The notes below the pieces were generated by a model. It saw only the letters and a program-made list of their open reading frames with translations, was not told where the DNA came from and did no database searches. This document shows, piece by piece, positions 47,801-58,295 of a stretch of DNA of 64,000 nt. The DNA lies in the NCBI GenBank assembly GCA_002269645.1, contig NIVC01000110.1, forward strand, positions 310,001 through 374,000. The letters are read 5' to 3'. Origin of the DNA: Macrostomum lignano (lineage: Eukaryota). The first letter of the stretch is position 1; each line of letters begins with the position of its first letter. Both the position numbers and the translations under genes were made by a program.

Positions 47801-48309
47801 CATTTTGCCGAAGCCCTCAGATGAGACCTCACGACGTCTGCCCGATTAAGGGACTTCATGTGCACCACCATCGCCAGTGCTACTTTAATTTGAAGCAAGT
47901 AAAACAGACGACTCTACTCGGTTTGCTGAAGAGAAATAAGGTAAAAGTGAACGAAACATGCTCAAAGTTTGGCAAAGCGTGTCAGCTTCCTGATTTGAAG
48001 ATAGAACGAAAGTTGATTGGTGTATATCCTTGTACCGAAAAAGTTACTCATAAAAAACGAGGTATATGTGACAGGCACTACCGTGAGTATCTAATTCAGC
48101 TCATCAATGCGCACAAGCTCGATTTGGTAGATGTTGCCAATGAGAATGAGCTGCTGGAGATGTTCAAAAGGTTTGATTTGGCCCCACCGCAAGTCAAAGC
48201 CTCCAACCCTGCTTCTGCTGCGAGAGAGAAGATGAGAGTTTACCGCGAACGGCTGAAGGACATGGTGCCACCGCTGTTGGGTAGCAAAGAGAAAGAAGCT
48301 TTGGTGTAA
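44818..48309 (+). CDS. H4: catalytically inactive HOIP-like paralogue (B-box, extra UBA-like/RING1 module, Q/E/R coiled repeats, NZF, RING1-IBR-RING2*-LDD)
   Basis: The ORF is open from 44743 to 48309; the first ATG is at 44818. RING2 reads SKSGSLVFHC where HOIP has ARGGCMHFHC. LDD reads GICDRHYREYLIQLINAHKLD. Confidence 0.87.
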   Translation: MAHRVFAERCLICSRPGASIRCLEAGCGFQLICESCHINWHSVENHRVEVLPPPPQAQRRCDTWLTERLQEVKQLREFKDFSDTDLIDSIQSCEKACDDVVALLAHLRSQCCKCSKQMPRHKLFHMATCECELCCGCFCSFLSGMPGQLECPVCGVAWSGDHVARNTTMILVYELESQLGNDEAARLLQMLEQQQSDQHQREEQEREEQLREQLRDQLREQQEKEEQLREQLRDQLREQQEREEQLRDQLKEQQAREEQLRDQLREQQEREEQLRDQLKEQLRDQLREQQEREEQLRDQLREQQEREEQLRDQLREQQEREEQLRNQLREQQQREQQQREQQQREQQQREQQQREKQQREQQQKEQQQQQQQRREQRKREQQQREQQNSFLDLKVRGQFQGQDKANDLYEQQRQYLNNLQKQQRNPQQVALQREQQQREQLEREQQQREQQQREQLERERQLREQQLREQQQREQQLREQQQREQLEREQQQREQQQREQLERERQLREQQLREQQQREQLEREQQQREQQQREQQQREQQQREQQQREQQQREQQQREQREREQKQREQQKEQNRQLHGHHTTNVPSKETSQNFQENNFQSNGSWVCMHCTLVNPAPSQPGAGLRICSACSQTTELSGGATKGGAVARNEAVAAASMLTSAATAAASDAVGAVGSDSSTGFIEWSDRTQNLASQLRVEDWVAERILAVKSMPKFNEFSESDLVVAIESCGGLAFEDDALMSQLRRKCSRCSNELPRHKLVAMAACECQMCPECFRKFLLRLESSRIQCPVCHCVCDDEDSRDFMTLQLMEMADVLGTDTVEYAVAHIKVLVLGGVSKKSDDEDWVKVDAQGKKGKNSKASKDASTVPVNTSNGYCPHRNGGLPKRDTRQCESYCKVCKQDVCKKCFGFWVDHQRMDCSSYRDYAAGIQQKGDYNEMHIAAQKQGFSPTDANLHDQMMELLTFDLVCPVCSHCYQQVSKSGSLVFHCRCGHSFCPFCRSPQMRPHDVCPIKGLHVHHHRQCYFNLKQVKQTTLLGLLKRNKVKVNETCSKFGKACQLPDLKIERKLIGVYPCTEKVTHKKRGICDRHYREYLIQLINAHKLDLVDVANENELLEMFKRFDLAPPQVKASNPASAAREKMRVYRERLKDMVPPLLGSKEKEALV
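45410..46530 (+). repeat. Coding Q/E/R-rich tandem repeats in H4 (42-bp EREEQLRDQLREQQ and 15-bp REQQQ units)
   Basis: Directly visible; the frame is preserved. Confidence 0.93.
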
Positions 48310-50353
48310 ATGTAGAACGTTGATGAACTAAACAGTTAGTCGAGCTATTCGTTCCTCCGCGGCTTTAACGTTGGATTTTAAACTGCCATGTTACAAAATC
48401 TAAAATTCGTATTTTGAGTATATGTTCAAATTATTGTTTTAAAATGTGTCTTATTTTTAGTTAAAACAACATGTATTTTCCTGATTTTTGTGAGAAGTCT
48501 GGTAAGTTTTTTATGTTCAATAACTTCTGACTTTTTATTTTATGCAAGTGATGAATGGTTTTTGGTTAATGGTTTTTTACTATTTTCTCCGTTTGTAGAC
48601 TTTAATTTTCATACTGTCGTTTACTTTTGTAATCGATATGTGGTGATGTAGGTCTCTCGAGGAAGTATTTTGATTACACTACCGTAGGCAAAGCATGCGT
48701 GTGTTTTATTGTATGAGTCACTTTACTCCCTCTGGGACAGCTTTGTGCACTCTGTGTACGAGTACTTTGCGTGCGTTTTATCTGCCCCTTCCTCTAGCCA
48801 GGGGCCTTTCACCCCGTCTTCGCTGTATGGGCGAGGGCCGAGGGGCGGGCGTCACTTGCGGCCGAATTTTTGTCTTAATTAAAAAATATTTTCTTGTAAG
48901 TTTCAGCGCACAATGCATTCTAGCTGCTCAAGCACTAAGAGCATTGTCAGAGACAAGTTTCGACAAGTAGATAAAAGCCACTTGCCAAAGTGAGCAGTGT
49001 AGGCAGAAACTGCTTGCTAGAAAGAAATCAAAGAAAGCACGTGTAAAAAGCATCGTTTAGTATTTTTATTATATATTTCCATTTTGTATTTGTTTCTCGT
49101 TGTTTTGATGTCCTTTCTTTTTTGTGTCGCACGACATTTGCAGGTACACAGTTAATTACATTTGAGTCAATTGACTGCGGAGACAATTAGTTGATTTTAA
49201 GCTTGTTCTATGAAATATGGCAGTAAAATGAATTAGCTTAAACAAGCAATCAATTGATGCTCAATCGATTTGTAGTGTATTTTGAAATCTTTCAATCGTC
49301 ACTACACGCAGTTGTTTGTAGGAAATTTTCGTGACACTATTTTTCGACTGCTAGTAAATAAAGTTTTCTTAAGTGTGTTCGTCAAAAGAGGTAAAGTGTT
49401 GTTTACACTGACATCAAATCAAATAAAGGTCCAATTTCGTGTGGTTACGCTCGTAACTCCTACAGCAGCTTTCATTCCTTTTTACATCGATAGTGCGACT
49501 TGATTGCTCATTCTATGACAATGTTAATCAGCCTTAATGATTTTAGTATTAAATTCTTGATTTGTTTAAAGTTTTTTTCAATATCCAATTTGTCTAGAAT
49601 TAGAATTATGTCTTCGCCTTCATAACAGAACGTTTTTCCAGTTACTGTTTTATCGCTCAAGTACACTCAGCAGAATGTTAAAGTTTCCACCTTGAGTGTG
49701 TACCAAGTATACCGGTATGCTCACTGTCTATACGTTTTTAAAAAGTTTCCAAACTAGGCCAATCAAATTTATTGTCCAATTATTTTTATCCAAGTTCATA
49801 TCTTTCTACAATCATTGATTTTTTTCATGTCAACAGCGGTATTTTTAACAAGATGGCTTAAAATATTTTTATAAAATATACTATTCAGATTTAAATTGCC
49901 TTCGCATTGCACTGCGAGTCTCAAATCGTTTTTTTCTTTATAAATTTTACATAGTAAAGTTTACGAAAATATTTAGATAATGGTAGAGGCCACTGGTACT
50001 ACTACGAGCTGCTAAATCACTATATATTCCACTCGCTATTGAATTAGATAGCAGCAGAAAAAGCTAAGCTTGCTACTGAAAAAGGTAAACATGGGGCGCA
50101 TTTTTAGCTGAAAAAGTATCTATAATCTAATAGAATCTACGATTATATTTAATGAGTATGATAGTACGAGTATATAGCAAGATTATATTAAATTGCAATG
50201 ATGTTTTTGAGTTGCTTAAACTTTTAGACATTTTTAATTGAATGCTTTTCGACGTATTATTAAACTGATTACCTTTTCAATTCAAAGTTAGCTAAGTTTT
50301 GTTTAAATGAACTCATTGCAGCAAAGGTTTGCAAGCTTGCAGCACCAAATCGT

Positions 50354-52267
50354 ATGGCATCAGCTAGCCAAAACATTGAGTGGCAGTGCCAGCACTGCAC
50401 ATTTATCAACTCGGCAATGTGCGACACTTCCAATCCTAAAAGTCGCATCATCTGCAGCGTGTGTTCCAAGTCAGTCTCTTGTCGGGAGCTTCTGGATCTG
50501 CACCAGCGACAGCAGAGAGCACAGCATCTTAAACGGGCACCCAAGCCAAAGCCTCTTAAAAATCAACATCACAGGCAAAGCTTTGACGATGCATCCTGTG
50601 ATTCGTGGAGTTTACGAGACCCCGAAACGGATACAGCGGCCGAACCTTTCAGAGACATGTTTCAGCGATTTTCGAGGACCCGGATGAGCGAGACAAGCAG
50701 CTCCTCGGGTCTCCGAAGACGCATAGGAGAAGAGCAGGACCGAGGTGCTGTAGAAGCGGATGACATTTTCACTAGGAGTTTGGAGCCATTTCACCCTACT
50801 CACGGTGTTACTCAAGGTATGCTGCAGTGGGATCAAATTCGGCCAGTTCAAAAGTCGTCGCTCAGAGCAATTTCTGTTCGAAACTCCAAAGCATCTCCAA
50901 TGGAAACTACTGTTAGCAAAGAGTGCCCGGTGTGCATCAACAACAAGAAGCTGGTCCAAGTTCCGCTGTGCGGCTGCGAGGTCTGCAGCGACTGTCTGTG
51001 CCAGCAGATCGAGGTGCGCCTGATGCACGACAGCTCGGTGTCGGTGCTGACGTGTCCGGTGTGCGACAAGCTGGACGACCGAGCTCTGACGGACACGTCG
51101 TGCGAGTACTTTCCGCTGCTGCAGAGGTTGCTGGCGGGCCAGCTGAAGCCCGCAGTGATGAAGAAGCTTGATGAGAGACTGCGCGACTGGCGACTGAAGC
51201 TGACGGACAACTTCTGCTGGTGCAGCGGGTGCTCGAACGGTTTCGAGGTGTCGGAGCACCACGACAGGCAGGTGCGGTGCCCGCACTGCGGCAAGGAGAC
51301 GTGCAGGAAGTGCGGCAAGGCGTGGCACGAGCGGCACCGAGGCGTGAGCTGCCAGCAGTTCGGCGAGTGGCGTCAGCAGACGGACTTGAGCGAGCGCGGA
51401 CTGGCGCAGTTCCTGGAGAGTCGGGGCAGCTCGTGTCCAAAGTGCGGCTTCCAGTTCGAGCTGTCTCGAGGCGGCTGTCTTCACCTGACGTGCAGGCAGT
51501 GCAAGGCGGAGTTCTGCAGCGACTGCGGCAGTCTGTTTGTTCGACAGGAGTGCTGCGGCGGGAACAAGGGACTCCACTGCCACCACGGGTCGGAGTGCGT
51601 GGAGACGTTCAGAGACTGGCCGTTGGAGAAGGTTCGGCAGGCGGCGCTGGAGCGGGGCGTTCAGCTGGAGCTTGTCGGAGTGGCGGGCGCTGGAGGTCGG
51701 TGCAGCGTCCAGGAGCAGAAGGAGACGTCAGGAGGCGGTCTGGAGGACGGGGAGTGCGGGAGGCCGGTGGTGGAGGCGGGTCTGTGCGAGTCGCACCTCA
51801 AGGAGGCCCTGGCCAGCGCCATGCGTGGCAACAAGAAGAAGGACCGTGTAGGTGCGCCGGACTTTCTGGCTGGCCCTATGAGCAGTAAGGTGGGCAAAGC
51901 GCAGCGACCTACATCTGGGCCTCTAGTGGCACCATCGAAATCTTTGAACCCGGGTCTCACCCAGCGTCCCATGCGACTGGATTTTTTTTCGTCAAACAAT
52001 AAACCGAAGCTTAATTTTAATCGTCGCGATTTGTCACCCACATTGTCGGAGATTTCAACTTCAGTTGACTTTGCCTGCCCGCATTGCACCGCCGTGTCTC
52101 CAACTGCGCCCAGCGTATCCAATGGTTCGCGTGTTCTTTGCACTGTGTGCGGCAAAACCACACCTTCGAAGGGTGGATCGGGTGCAGATGGCGCTTTCAG
52201 TGGCTCGGATTCGATGTTTAACTCTTATGATGTTGATTTTGAAAGCTGTCTAGATATTTGGGATTGA
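50354..52267 (+). CDS. H5: HOIP-like RBR ligase paralogue (NZF, RING1-IBR-RING2-LDD variant, NZF-like), 637 aa
   Basis: Motifs WQCQHCTFIN, GGCLHLTC, LHCHHGSEC and a C-terminal FACPHC...VLCTVC. Confidence 0.87.
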   Translation: MASASQNIEWQCQHCTFINSAMCDTSNPKSRIICSVCSKSVSCRELLDLHQRQQRAQHLKRAPKPKPLKNQHHRQSFDDASCDSWSLRDPETDTAAEPFRDMFQRFSRTRMSETSSSSGLRRRIGEEQDRGAVEADDIFTRSLEPFHPTHGVTQGMLQWDQIRPVQKSSLRAISVRNSKASPMETTVSKECPVCINNKKLVQVPLCGCEVCSDCLCQQIEVRLMHDSSVSVLTCPVCDKLDDRALTDTSCEYFPLLQRLLAGQLKPAVMKKLDERLRDWRLKLTDNFCWCSGCSNGFEVSEHHDRQVRCPHCGKETCRKCGKAWHERHRGVSCQQFGEWRQQTDLSERGLAQFLESRGSSCPKCGFQFELSRGGCLHLTCRQCKAEFCSDCGSLFVRQECCGGNKGLHCHHGSECVETFRDWPLEKVRQAALERGVQLELVGVAGAGGRCSVQEQKETSGGGLEDGECGRPVVEAGLCESHLKEALASAMRGNKKKDRVGAPDFLAGPMSSKVGKAQRPTSGPLVAPSKSLNPGLTQRPMRLDFFSSNNKPKLNFNRRDLSPTLSEISTSVDFACPHCTAVSPTAPSVSNGSRVLCTVCGKTTPSKGGSGADGAFSGSDSMFNSYDVDFESCLDIWD

Positions 52268-53866
52268 TATATTTGTTGACTAAAAAAGTTCTAATTGTTT
52301 GTTTCATGTTTTATATCCTGATATATTGTTAGATTGAATTCCTATGATATATTCGATTTATAACTTTATTGTTGGATTATGCTACGAATTATGCTACATT
52401 TTTGTGTACAATTCTAAGAGCTAGTTGCTTACTAGCAGATATCATCATTGGGCTTTTGCAAGGTAAAATATTTATACTACAGTTAAGGTGCATAATATGT
52501 GCTATACTCGATTTCAAAGTTTTATTCGAAACATTGATAACGTCGTTTGCAAAAACTACATACAGTTTACAGCTGGTTTCTCACCTGCCAGTTTAAAGTT
52601 TCTCCACTTTGCTTTATTTTTAGTAAAAGCTAATGATTATTTTTATATTTATTCAGATCATCCCCCTTGAGTGATGCGTGCTGCGTAAGTTTCGAGCACC
52701 AGCTTTGTACAACTTTCAATGTTTTTTTTGTCATCAGAATTCGTGGTGCATGCGTTTTAATTGTATATCTATTGCCCATTGAAAGATTAAACTCCAAAGG
52801 CGGAATCCAATTCCTGATTTTTGAGGCAGGACTCTTCTTGTGCAGCCTTGAACTTCCCCTGTATCTTAAATTTCAAAGTTGTAACTTTGAAGACAGACTT
52901 CACTTTACTTCCCACAAAGCCGTGACTAACTTTTACTACTGAAACTTTTTCGAACGGAAACTACTAACAGTAGCGTAAAAGCAAATTTGCCTCAACCCCT
53001 TAAACTATTTTCTACTACATATGCAATATTGCAAAGTTTATCCACAAGTTTTCGTTTGATTTTCCTTCTTGGGTTAAACATTTTTTCTATCGATAAAGCG
53101 TCTGGTTACAAGACGGATACAATTGCTTCAACCTAAGTGTGTTCTTGCATAATACCAGCGTAATTTTGTGATCAACTAACGACTAACTTCCGACGTGTCA
53201 ATATTGTTATTCCAATCAGCGCCACAATATTGTTTGTCCATTACGACTATTTGAACTATTCTAGAACTTTCGATTGGTTTTTGTTGATTTTTTTGTTCAG
53301 ATGAAACTTTTTAAAATATATTTCAAAAGTTCCAATTAAACTTGTTAAATTTTGCGGTCATGAGGATTTCCATATTATGTGAGTAATTGAGCAGTGTGAG
53401 CAATAAAACACAATTGTAAGACGGAATGCATTTTATTTTGCCAAAGCTTGGCTAGGTGTAATTGCTCTTCTTTCTTAATATGTTTACTTTCGAAAAATTA
53501 TGTCCAGCAGAAATAGTACGAGAAGATTGGATGTATGAGAGATTCAAGTTAGACTACTCAGAAAAGTAGACGAGTAAAGATTTGAGTCGTAAAATCTTTC
53601 CCATTACCCGAACCAATTTTCCATACAGAAAACGTCTGTGTACACTGAGAGAGGTGGGAGAGGTCGGCATGTGGCTGTGGTTGTTTGAAGAAGGCAAACA
53701 AACCAGCAAACGATCTCCGTCTGCCTTAGCAAGGTTAGACCCCACTTTTAGTGTGTTTCAGTTTGATAAGCAGTCCCTCATAGGTGGTTGGTTTTTTTAT
53801 TATTATCATTTTTTAGCACAATCATCTGGATCCTTTCTGGCTTATTCTTGTTTGGGGTTAATAATT

Positions 53867-54602
53867 GCCTAGCCTAGTGGTTGGAGCGTCGGACTCACGA
53901 CTTGAAGGTCAGGGGCTCGATTCCCGATCCCACTGGAACCTGTTCCTGTTCACCCGCTGTAAAATGGGTGCCAGCATTAGCTGGGGTAATTGAGGGTGTG
54001 TGTGGCGACTCCCCAGTCCTTGGACTGAACAGCCGTACGCAGCCTTCAGATGCGCCGCGCAATAGCTGCGGCTGAGCTGTCGGTTGCACGGGAGTACGAC
54101 ATTTGCTTGCAGGAATTTTGCTTGCCGAGCTTTGCTTGCGGAATTTTGCTTGCCGAATTTTGCTTGCCGAACTTTGCTTGCCGAACTTTGCTTGTGGAAT
54201 TTCGATGTATGCTTCCTAGAAATTCGCAATCACAATTGCAAGGTTTTAACTTGCCGAATCATCTTGTTTGCTTGCTTGTTTGATTGCTTTTGAAGTCGGT
54301 CAGTCAATTATTACTTACTACAGATGCTTTGCAAGTGGATTCTTATCAGCGTCGACGTAAACTGACTTGACACTGAGCTTTTTCAAACTAGGCTTATAGA
54401 GTTTCATTCTAAGAATTTAGTATATCGAATGATTAGAGATTTAGAATAGGTAGATAGGGATCTGTAACAGTATAAATCTTTGTAGTTCTGATTTCCACAA
54501 GAAAACTGGCTGACAAACCTCGGCAAGCATAATTTCTGCAAGCAAACTTCTCGCAAGCAAATTTCATAGACCCGGTTGCACATCTGGCCCAATTGGGGCA
54601 GG
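53867..54602 (+). mobile_element. tRNA-derived SINE family B (CORE-like), copy 1, interrupted by a MITE
   Basis: A box TAGCCTAGTGG, B box GGCTCGATTCC, CTGTAAAATGGG core. The tail resumes at 54574 after the insertion. Confidence 0.8.
54090..54573. mobile_element. 484-bp MITE with GGG-starting imperfect 21-bp TIRs and an 8-bp TSD (Merlin-like by terminus and TSD)
   Basis: TSD GGTTGCAC at 54082-54089 and 54574-54581. Ends are GGGAGTACGACATTTGCTTGC and GCAAGCAAATTTCATAGACCC. Subterminal 15-bp TTTGCTTGCCGAA repeats are inverted between the arms. Confidence 0.8.
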
Positions 54603-55025
54603 TGAGATTAATCAATTACTGTTATTATTTTTTTTGAATTACGAGTAATAACCTGCGTATCATGCAGTCCTTTAGCTTCTCCACTGCCTGAAGCTGTGAA
54701 AGACCTATGACTCATTGGGTGACCAAATTAATTGCTGTCAGTTGAAGACAAAACAAGCAAAACATTTATTTGTTAATATTCTACTGATAGACTGCTAATA
54801 CAATAAGTGTCTTCAATTTCAATGAAATTTCTCTTTAAAATAAGATCACTTTTTAACCGTAATATATGTGAAATATCATTTAAACTTGTTAGAACTTAAA
54901 TTGTTTTTTACAAAGTTTAGAAATGATCTTTCTGCGTTATCATTGCTCTGTGAAATTCATCTGTTTATGTATCTGACTTCTCACTTTCCTGTGCGATTTA
55001 AGACAGCTCAAACGCTGTTACGTCT

Positions 55026-56627
55026 ATGGATTGCGTCAACTGGGAGTGCAAGATTTGCACTTTTAACAACGAGTTTGTCGCCTTCTGCCTGCCAGTCAGC
55101 GAAGGACGCATCTTCTGCAAAGTTTGCGAATCCTGTCACGGCTTGAAGGAAATTGTGACTGATGTAAACCAGCGCACTGGTCAATACCTGTGCATCAGGT
55201 GCACTCTTCTCAACCCAAGAAGCCGCCACTATTGCTCCGCCTGCGGTTCTTGGCTGCTTTTTGTGTCAGAGTCGCCGCCTGAATCAGAGCAGCTGCAGTC
55301 TGAGCTGTCCTTCCTAAGCTTAACATCTCGGTCACTCAGTGATGTTGATGAGGACAATGAAAATAACGAAGAGATGATAGACTTGATGTTAAGATTCAGT
55401 TTCACTAAACTGGAACACTCGGCTAACTTTATTAAGCTTCGCGAACAGCCAGAGTTCCGGAATTTCGATCCAAACGATTTGGCCGAAGCTGTTCGCAGTT
55501 GCGGAGACCAGCTTGACTACGTGGACTTTGTGAGTGCGTACTTCAAGAACGAGTGTCCCATCTGTTTTGATAGCTTTCCCAGGCACAAAGTTCTTCAGAT
55601 GGCCTCCTGCCAGTGCAAGTTGTGCTTCAGCTGCTTCCGGAACTTTGTGACCGCCAGTCTGGACAACAACGATCATGTGTCTCATCTTCAGTGTCCGATC
55701 TGTAACACACCGGACTCTGAGAACGAAGCGGAGCTGGAGAACTATTTTGAGTATCTGCTAATTCAGGTGAAAAGCTTTCAGCATGCTGAGATCAGGTTCG
55801 AAGCTGACAAGATCAACATGCTCGAGCAGAGGCTTCGCGATTGGAACCTGATGCGGGACCCGAATTTCCGGTGGTGCAGCCACTGTCCAAATGGAGTTGT
55901 ACTGAGTGAGCAGATGCGGGGTCTGAAGTTCCAGTGCAACCAGTGCTCAAAGTACACGTGCAAGCAGTGCCGCAAGCAGTGGCGAGAGCAGCACGAGAAA
56001 ATCAGCTGCGAGCAGTTCCAGCAGTGGCTGGTGGAGAATGATCCGGACTACCAAGCGAAGGGAGTGGCAGCGTTTCTAGAAAACAACGGCATCGAGTGTC
56101 CGAAGTGCAAGTTCAAATACGCTCTGGCGAAGGGCGGGTGCATGCACTTCACCTGCCGGCCGCCGTGCCGGGCAGAGTTTTGCTCAGGTTGCGGCGGCTT
56201 TTTCAAAAGACTGCACGGTCGAGGTCTCGTCTGCGAGCATCCGAGAGACTGTCTGTTCTACCTGAGAGACTTTACTGTGCGAAGTCTTCAGAAGCTGCTC
56301 AGCGACCACGGGGTTCAGTACGAGACGGCTGCAGAAGGCGCCGCTTCTGGCACCTGCGATGTGATGGAGCAGAAAGAGAGTGGCAATCTGGTTGACGAAG
56401 CTTGCGGCAGACCCGTTGAGGGTCACGCAAAACTGTGCGGCAAGCACTACAAAGAGTACCTTGTATCGCTGATCAACAAGAATCGCTTGGATCCAGTTGA
56501 GGTGATGGACGTTGAGCAGTTGAAGGAAACTTGCAGAAGGCATAAAATTGAGGTTCAGAATAGTATTTCCACAGATTCGACAGCTTTGCGTGCACTGATC
56601 GTGCGCCAAGTTCCGCTTCGGTCTTAA
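55026..56627 (+). CDS. H6: compact canonical HOIP-like ligase (2 NZF, UBA-like linker, RING1-IBR-RING2-LDD), 533 aa
   Basis: YALAKGGCMHFTC, HPRDCLFYLRDF and LCGKHYKEYLVSLINKNRLDP. Closest to H1, but lacks PUB and B-box. Confidence 0.9.
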   Translation: MDCVNWECKICTFNNEFVAFCLPVSEGRIFCKVCESCHGLKEIVTDVNQRTGQYLCIRCTLLNPRSRHYCSACGSWLLFVSESPPESEQLQSELSFLSLTSRSLSDVDEDNENNEEMIDLMLRFSFTKLEHSANFIKLREQPEFRNFDPNDLAEAVRSCGDQLDYVDFVSAYFKNECPICFDSFPRHKVLQMASCQCKLCFSCFRNFVTASLDNNDHVSHLQCPICNTPDSENEAELENYFEYLLIQVKSFQHAEIRFEADKINMLEQRLRDWNLMRDPNFRWCSHCPNGVVLSEQMRGLKFQCNQCSKYTCKQCRKQWREQHEKISCEQFQQWLVENDPDYQAKGVAAFLENNGIECPKCKFKYALAKGGCMHFTCRPPCRAEFCSGCGGFFKRLHGRGLVCEHPRDCLFYLRDFTVRSLQKLLSDHGVQYETAAEGAASGTCDVMEQKESGNLVDEACGRPVEGHAKLCGKHYKEYLVSLINKNRLDPVEVMDVEQLKETCRRHKIEVQNSISTDSTALRALIVRQVPLRS

Positions 56628-57483
56628 TTTTTATCGAGACTAAGCCTGTTTAAATAGCGAAGACAATCGGATTCTTTTCTTATATATCCTTGCCTTTCTT
56701 TTGCTCATTTATAAGTTTTGATAGTTGCCACACAATCAAGAGTGTACCTACATTACAAGTATATACCAGATGGTTTTGTATTTTCTGAATACTGCTTAAT
56801 TATGTGTTTTCATATGGTTTTAACTTCCGAAAACATTATCCGTAAACGTTCTTTAAAGACACGCTAAACGTATTCTCGATTTTATCATTTCGAGTGTTCT
56901 TACCGCTCTGATGGTGACAAATTTATAATTCTAATGGCATTTTTTTGGTTTTCTGTGAACTATTACTGTACATGTATTTTGTTGCAAATTTGAAGTGCCA
57001 GGATATTAAATTTACTGCATTGTGCAAATTTTATCCCAGTAAAACTTTTTTGAATGCAAAGTATTGCAGTTATTAGTATTTTTTTGTGCGAAAAGTCTTT
57101 TTACTCTAGCTAAAGGCCAAATTTTATAAGAAGAAATAAACTTTTCCGTTTATTTGATCTGCTTAAAACGCCAGTTCTTTCAATTTGCTGTGTTTTCTAG
57201 TTATCGTTTTACAGTTATGTATGTAGCTTTGGCTTTTATATAGGAAGTTTTTGTTGTTGCTGATCAAACTATTTTTTAGTTATTGTTTATTGGTACTGGA
57301 ATTCAGGTAATAATCTATTAGATCAATACGTTTTAAAATCTAATGTCGAGCAGCAGATAAGAATGGATATGATAGCAAATAGCCAAAGCTAAATGACAAA
57401 GTGACGAAAGATTGCCGTGCTGAACTGCCAGTTTTATTTTTTCACAGATTTCTTATTTAGTTATATAGATAGAGGCAGGGGTT

Positions 57484-57837
57484 GTGTGCACCCTGGCGCA
57501 CTTTAAGCGACATTGTCACACAACCGGCGAGAGGCATTGCTGCCCATTCCCCCGACTTCCCTGAGCAGGCACACAAGCGCGCGGATACGTACGCAGTCAT
57601 ACGCACAGGCACACACTCACACAGGAGTGTACAGCGGCGCTAACTTTATTTATCGTTAGGCATGTACACTTCACTGTGCCTTGGGTTTAGGCCTTAAGGG
57701 CGTTAATTTCACGAGTAGAGCCAAGCCTAGATTCCAATTTAGTCCCAGATTAATTTAGATTACTGCTGACTGCAATTGGAATAGAACCTGGGCCGCTGGA
57801 ATATCAAAGCGCCGCGCTGGACCACTGGGCTACGTCC
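57484..57837 (-). mobile_element. tRNA-derived SINE family A, copy 3
   Basis: The reverse complement starts GGACGTAGCCCAGTGG (A box) and contains GGTTCTATTCC (B box); body shared with copies 1 and 2. Confidence 0.83.
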
Positions 57838-57895
57838 TCTTTTTTATCAGATATTCTGATTTAAAAATTCTAGGTGTGTCGCCTAGTAGGGGGGA

Positions 57896-58197
57896 TGTAG
57901 CCTACTGGAAGTGGTTCAAGCGTCGGGCTAATGACTTGAAGGTCGGGGATTCGATTCTCGACCCACTCGAAACAATTTGTGTCCTTGATTGAGCAAGACA
58001 CTTAACTCTGCATTGCTTCAGTTCACCTAGGTGTAAAATGGGTGCCAGCATTAGCTCGGGTAATTGAAGGTTGGGTGTGGCGACCCCCCCCCCCCAGTCC
58101 TTAGACTGAACAGCCGTACGCAGTCTTCAGATGCGCGGTGCAATAGCTGCGGCTGAGCTGTCGCCTGTCGGTTGCACATCTGGCCCAATTGAGGCAT
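57896..58197 (+). mobile_element. tRNA-derived SINE family B (CORE-like), copy 2
   Basis: GTGTCCTTGA...GCAAGACACTTAACTCT...TGTAAAATGGG resembles the MIR/CORE domain; 3' body shared with B1 and B3. Confidence 0.8.
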
Positions 58198-58295
58198 GTG
58201 TTATCATTTTTTTATTACGAGCTATTATTATTGAAGAAAGTATTTTATATTTTCTCCAGCTGACCACTCTCGCCGCCCAGTTCCACTTGCTCTCC

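Noticed and set aside
37322-52161. Long antisense and alternate-frame ORFs over H2-H5 (e.g. 50612-51586, 38458-39421, 45320-46567)
   Set aside because: They are shadow ORFs from GC-rich codon usage and coding repeats; they recur only because the sense tract is duplicated.
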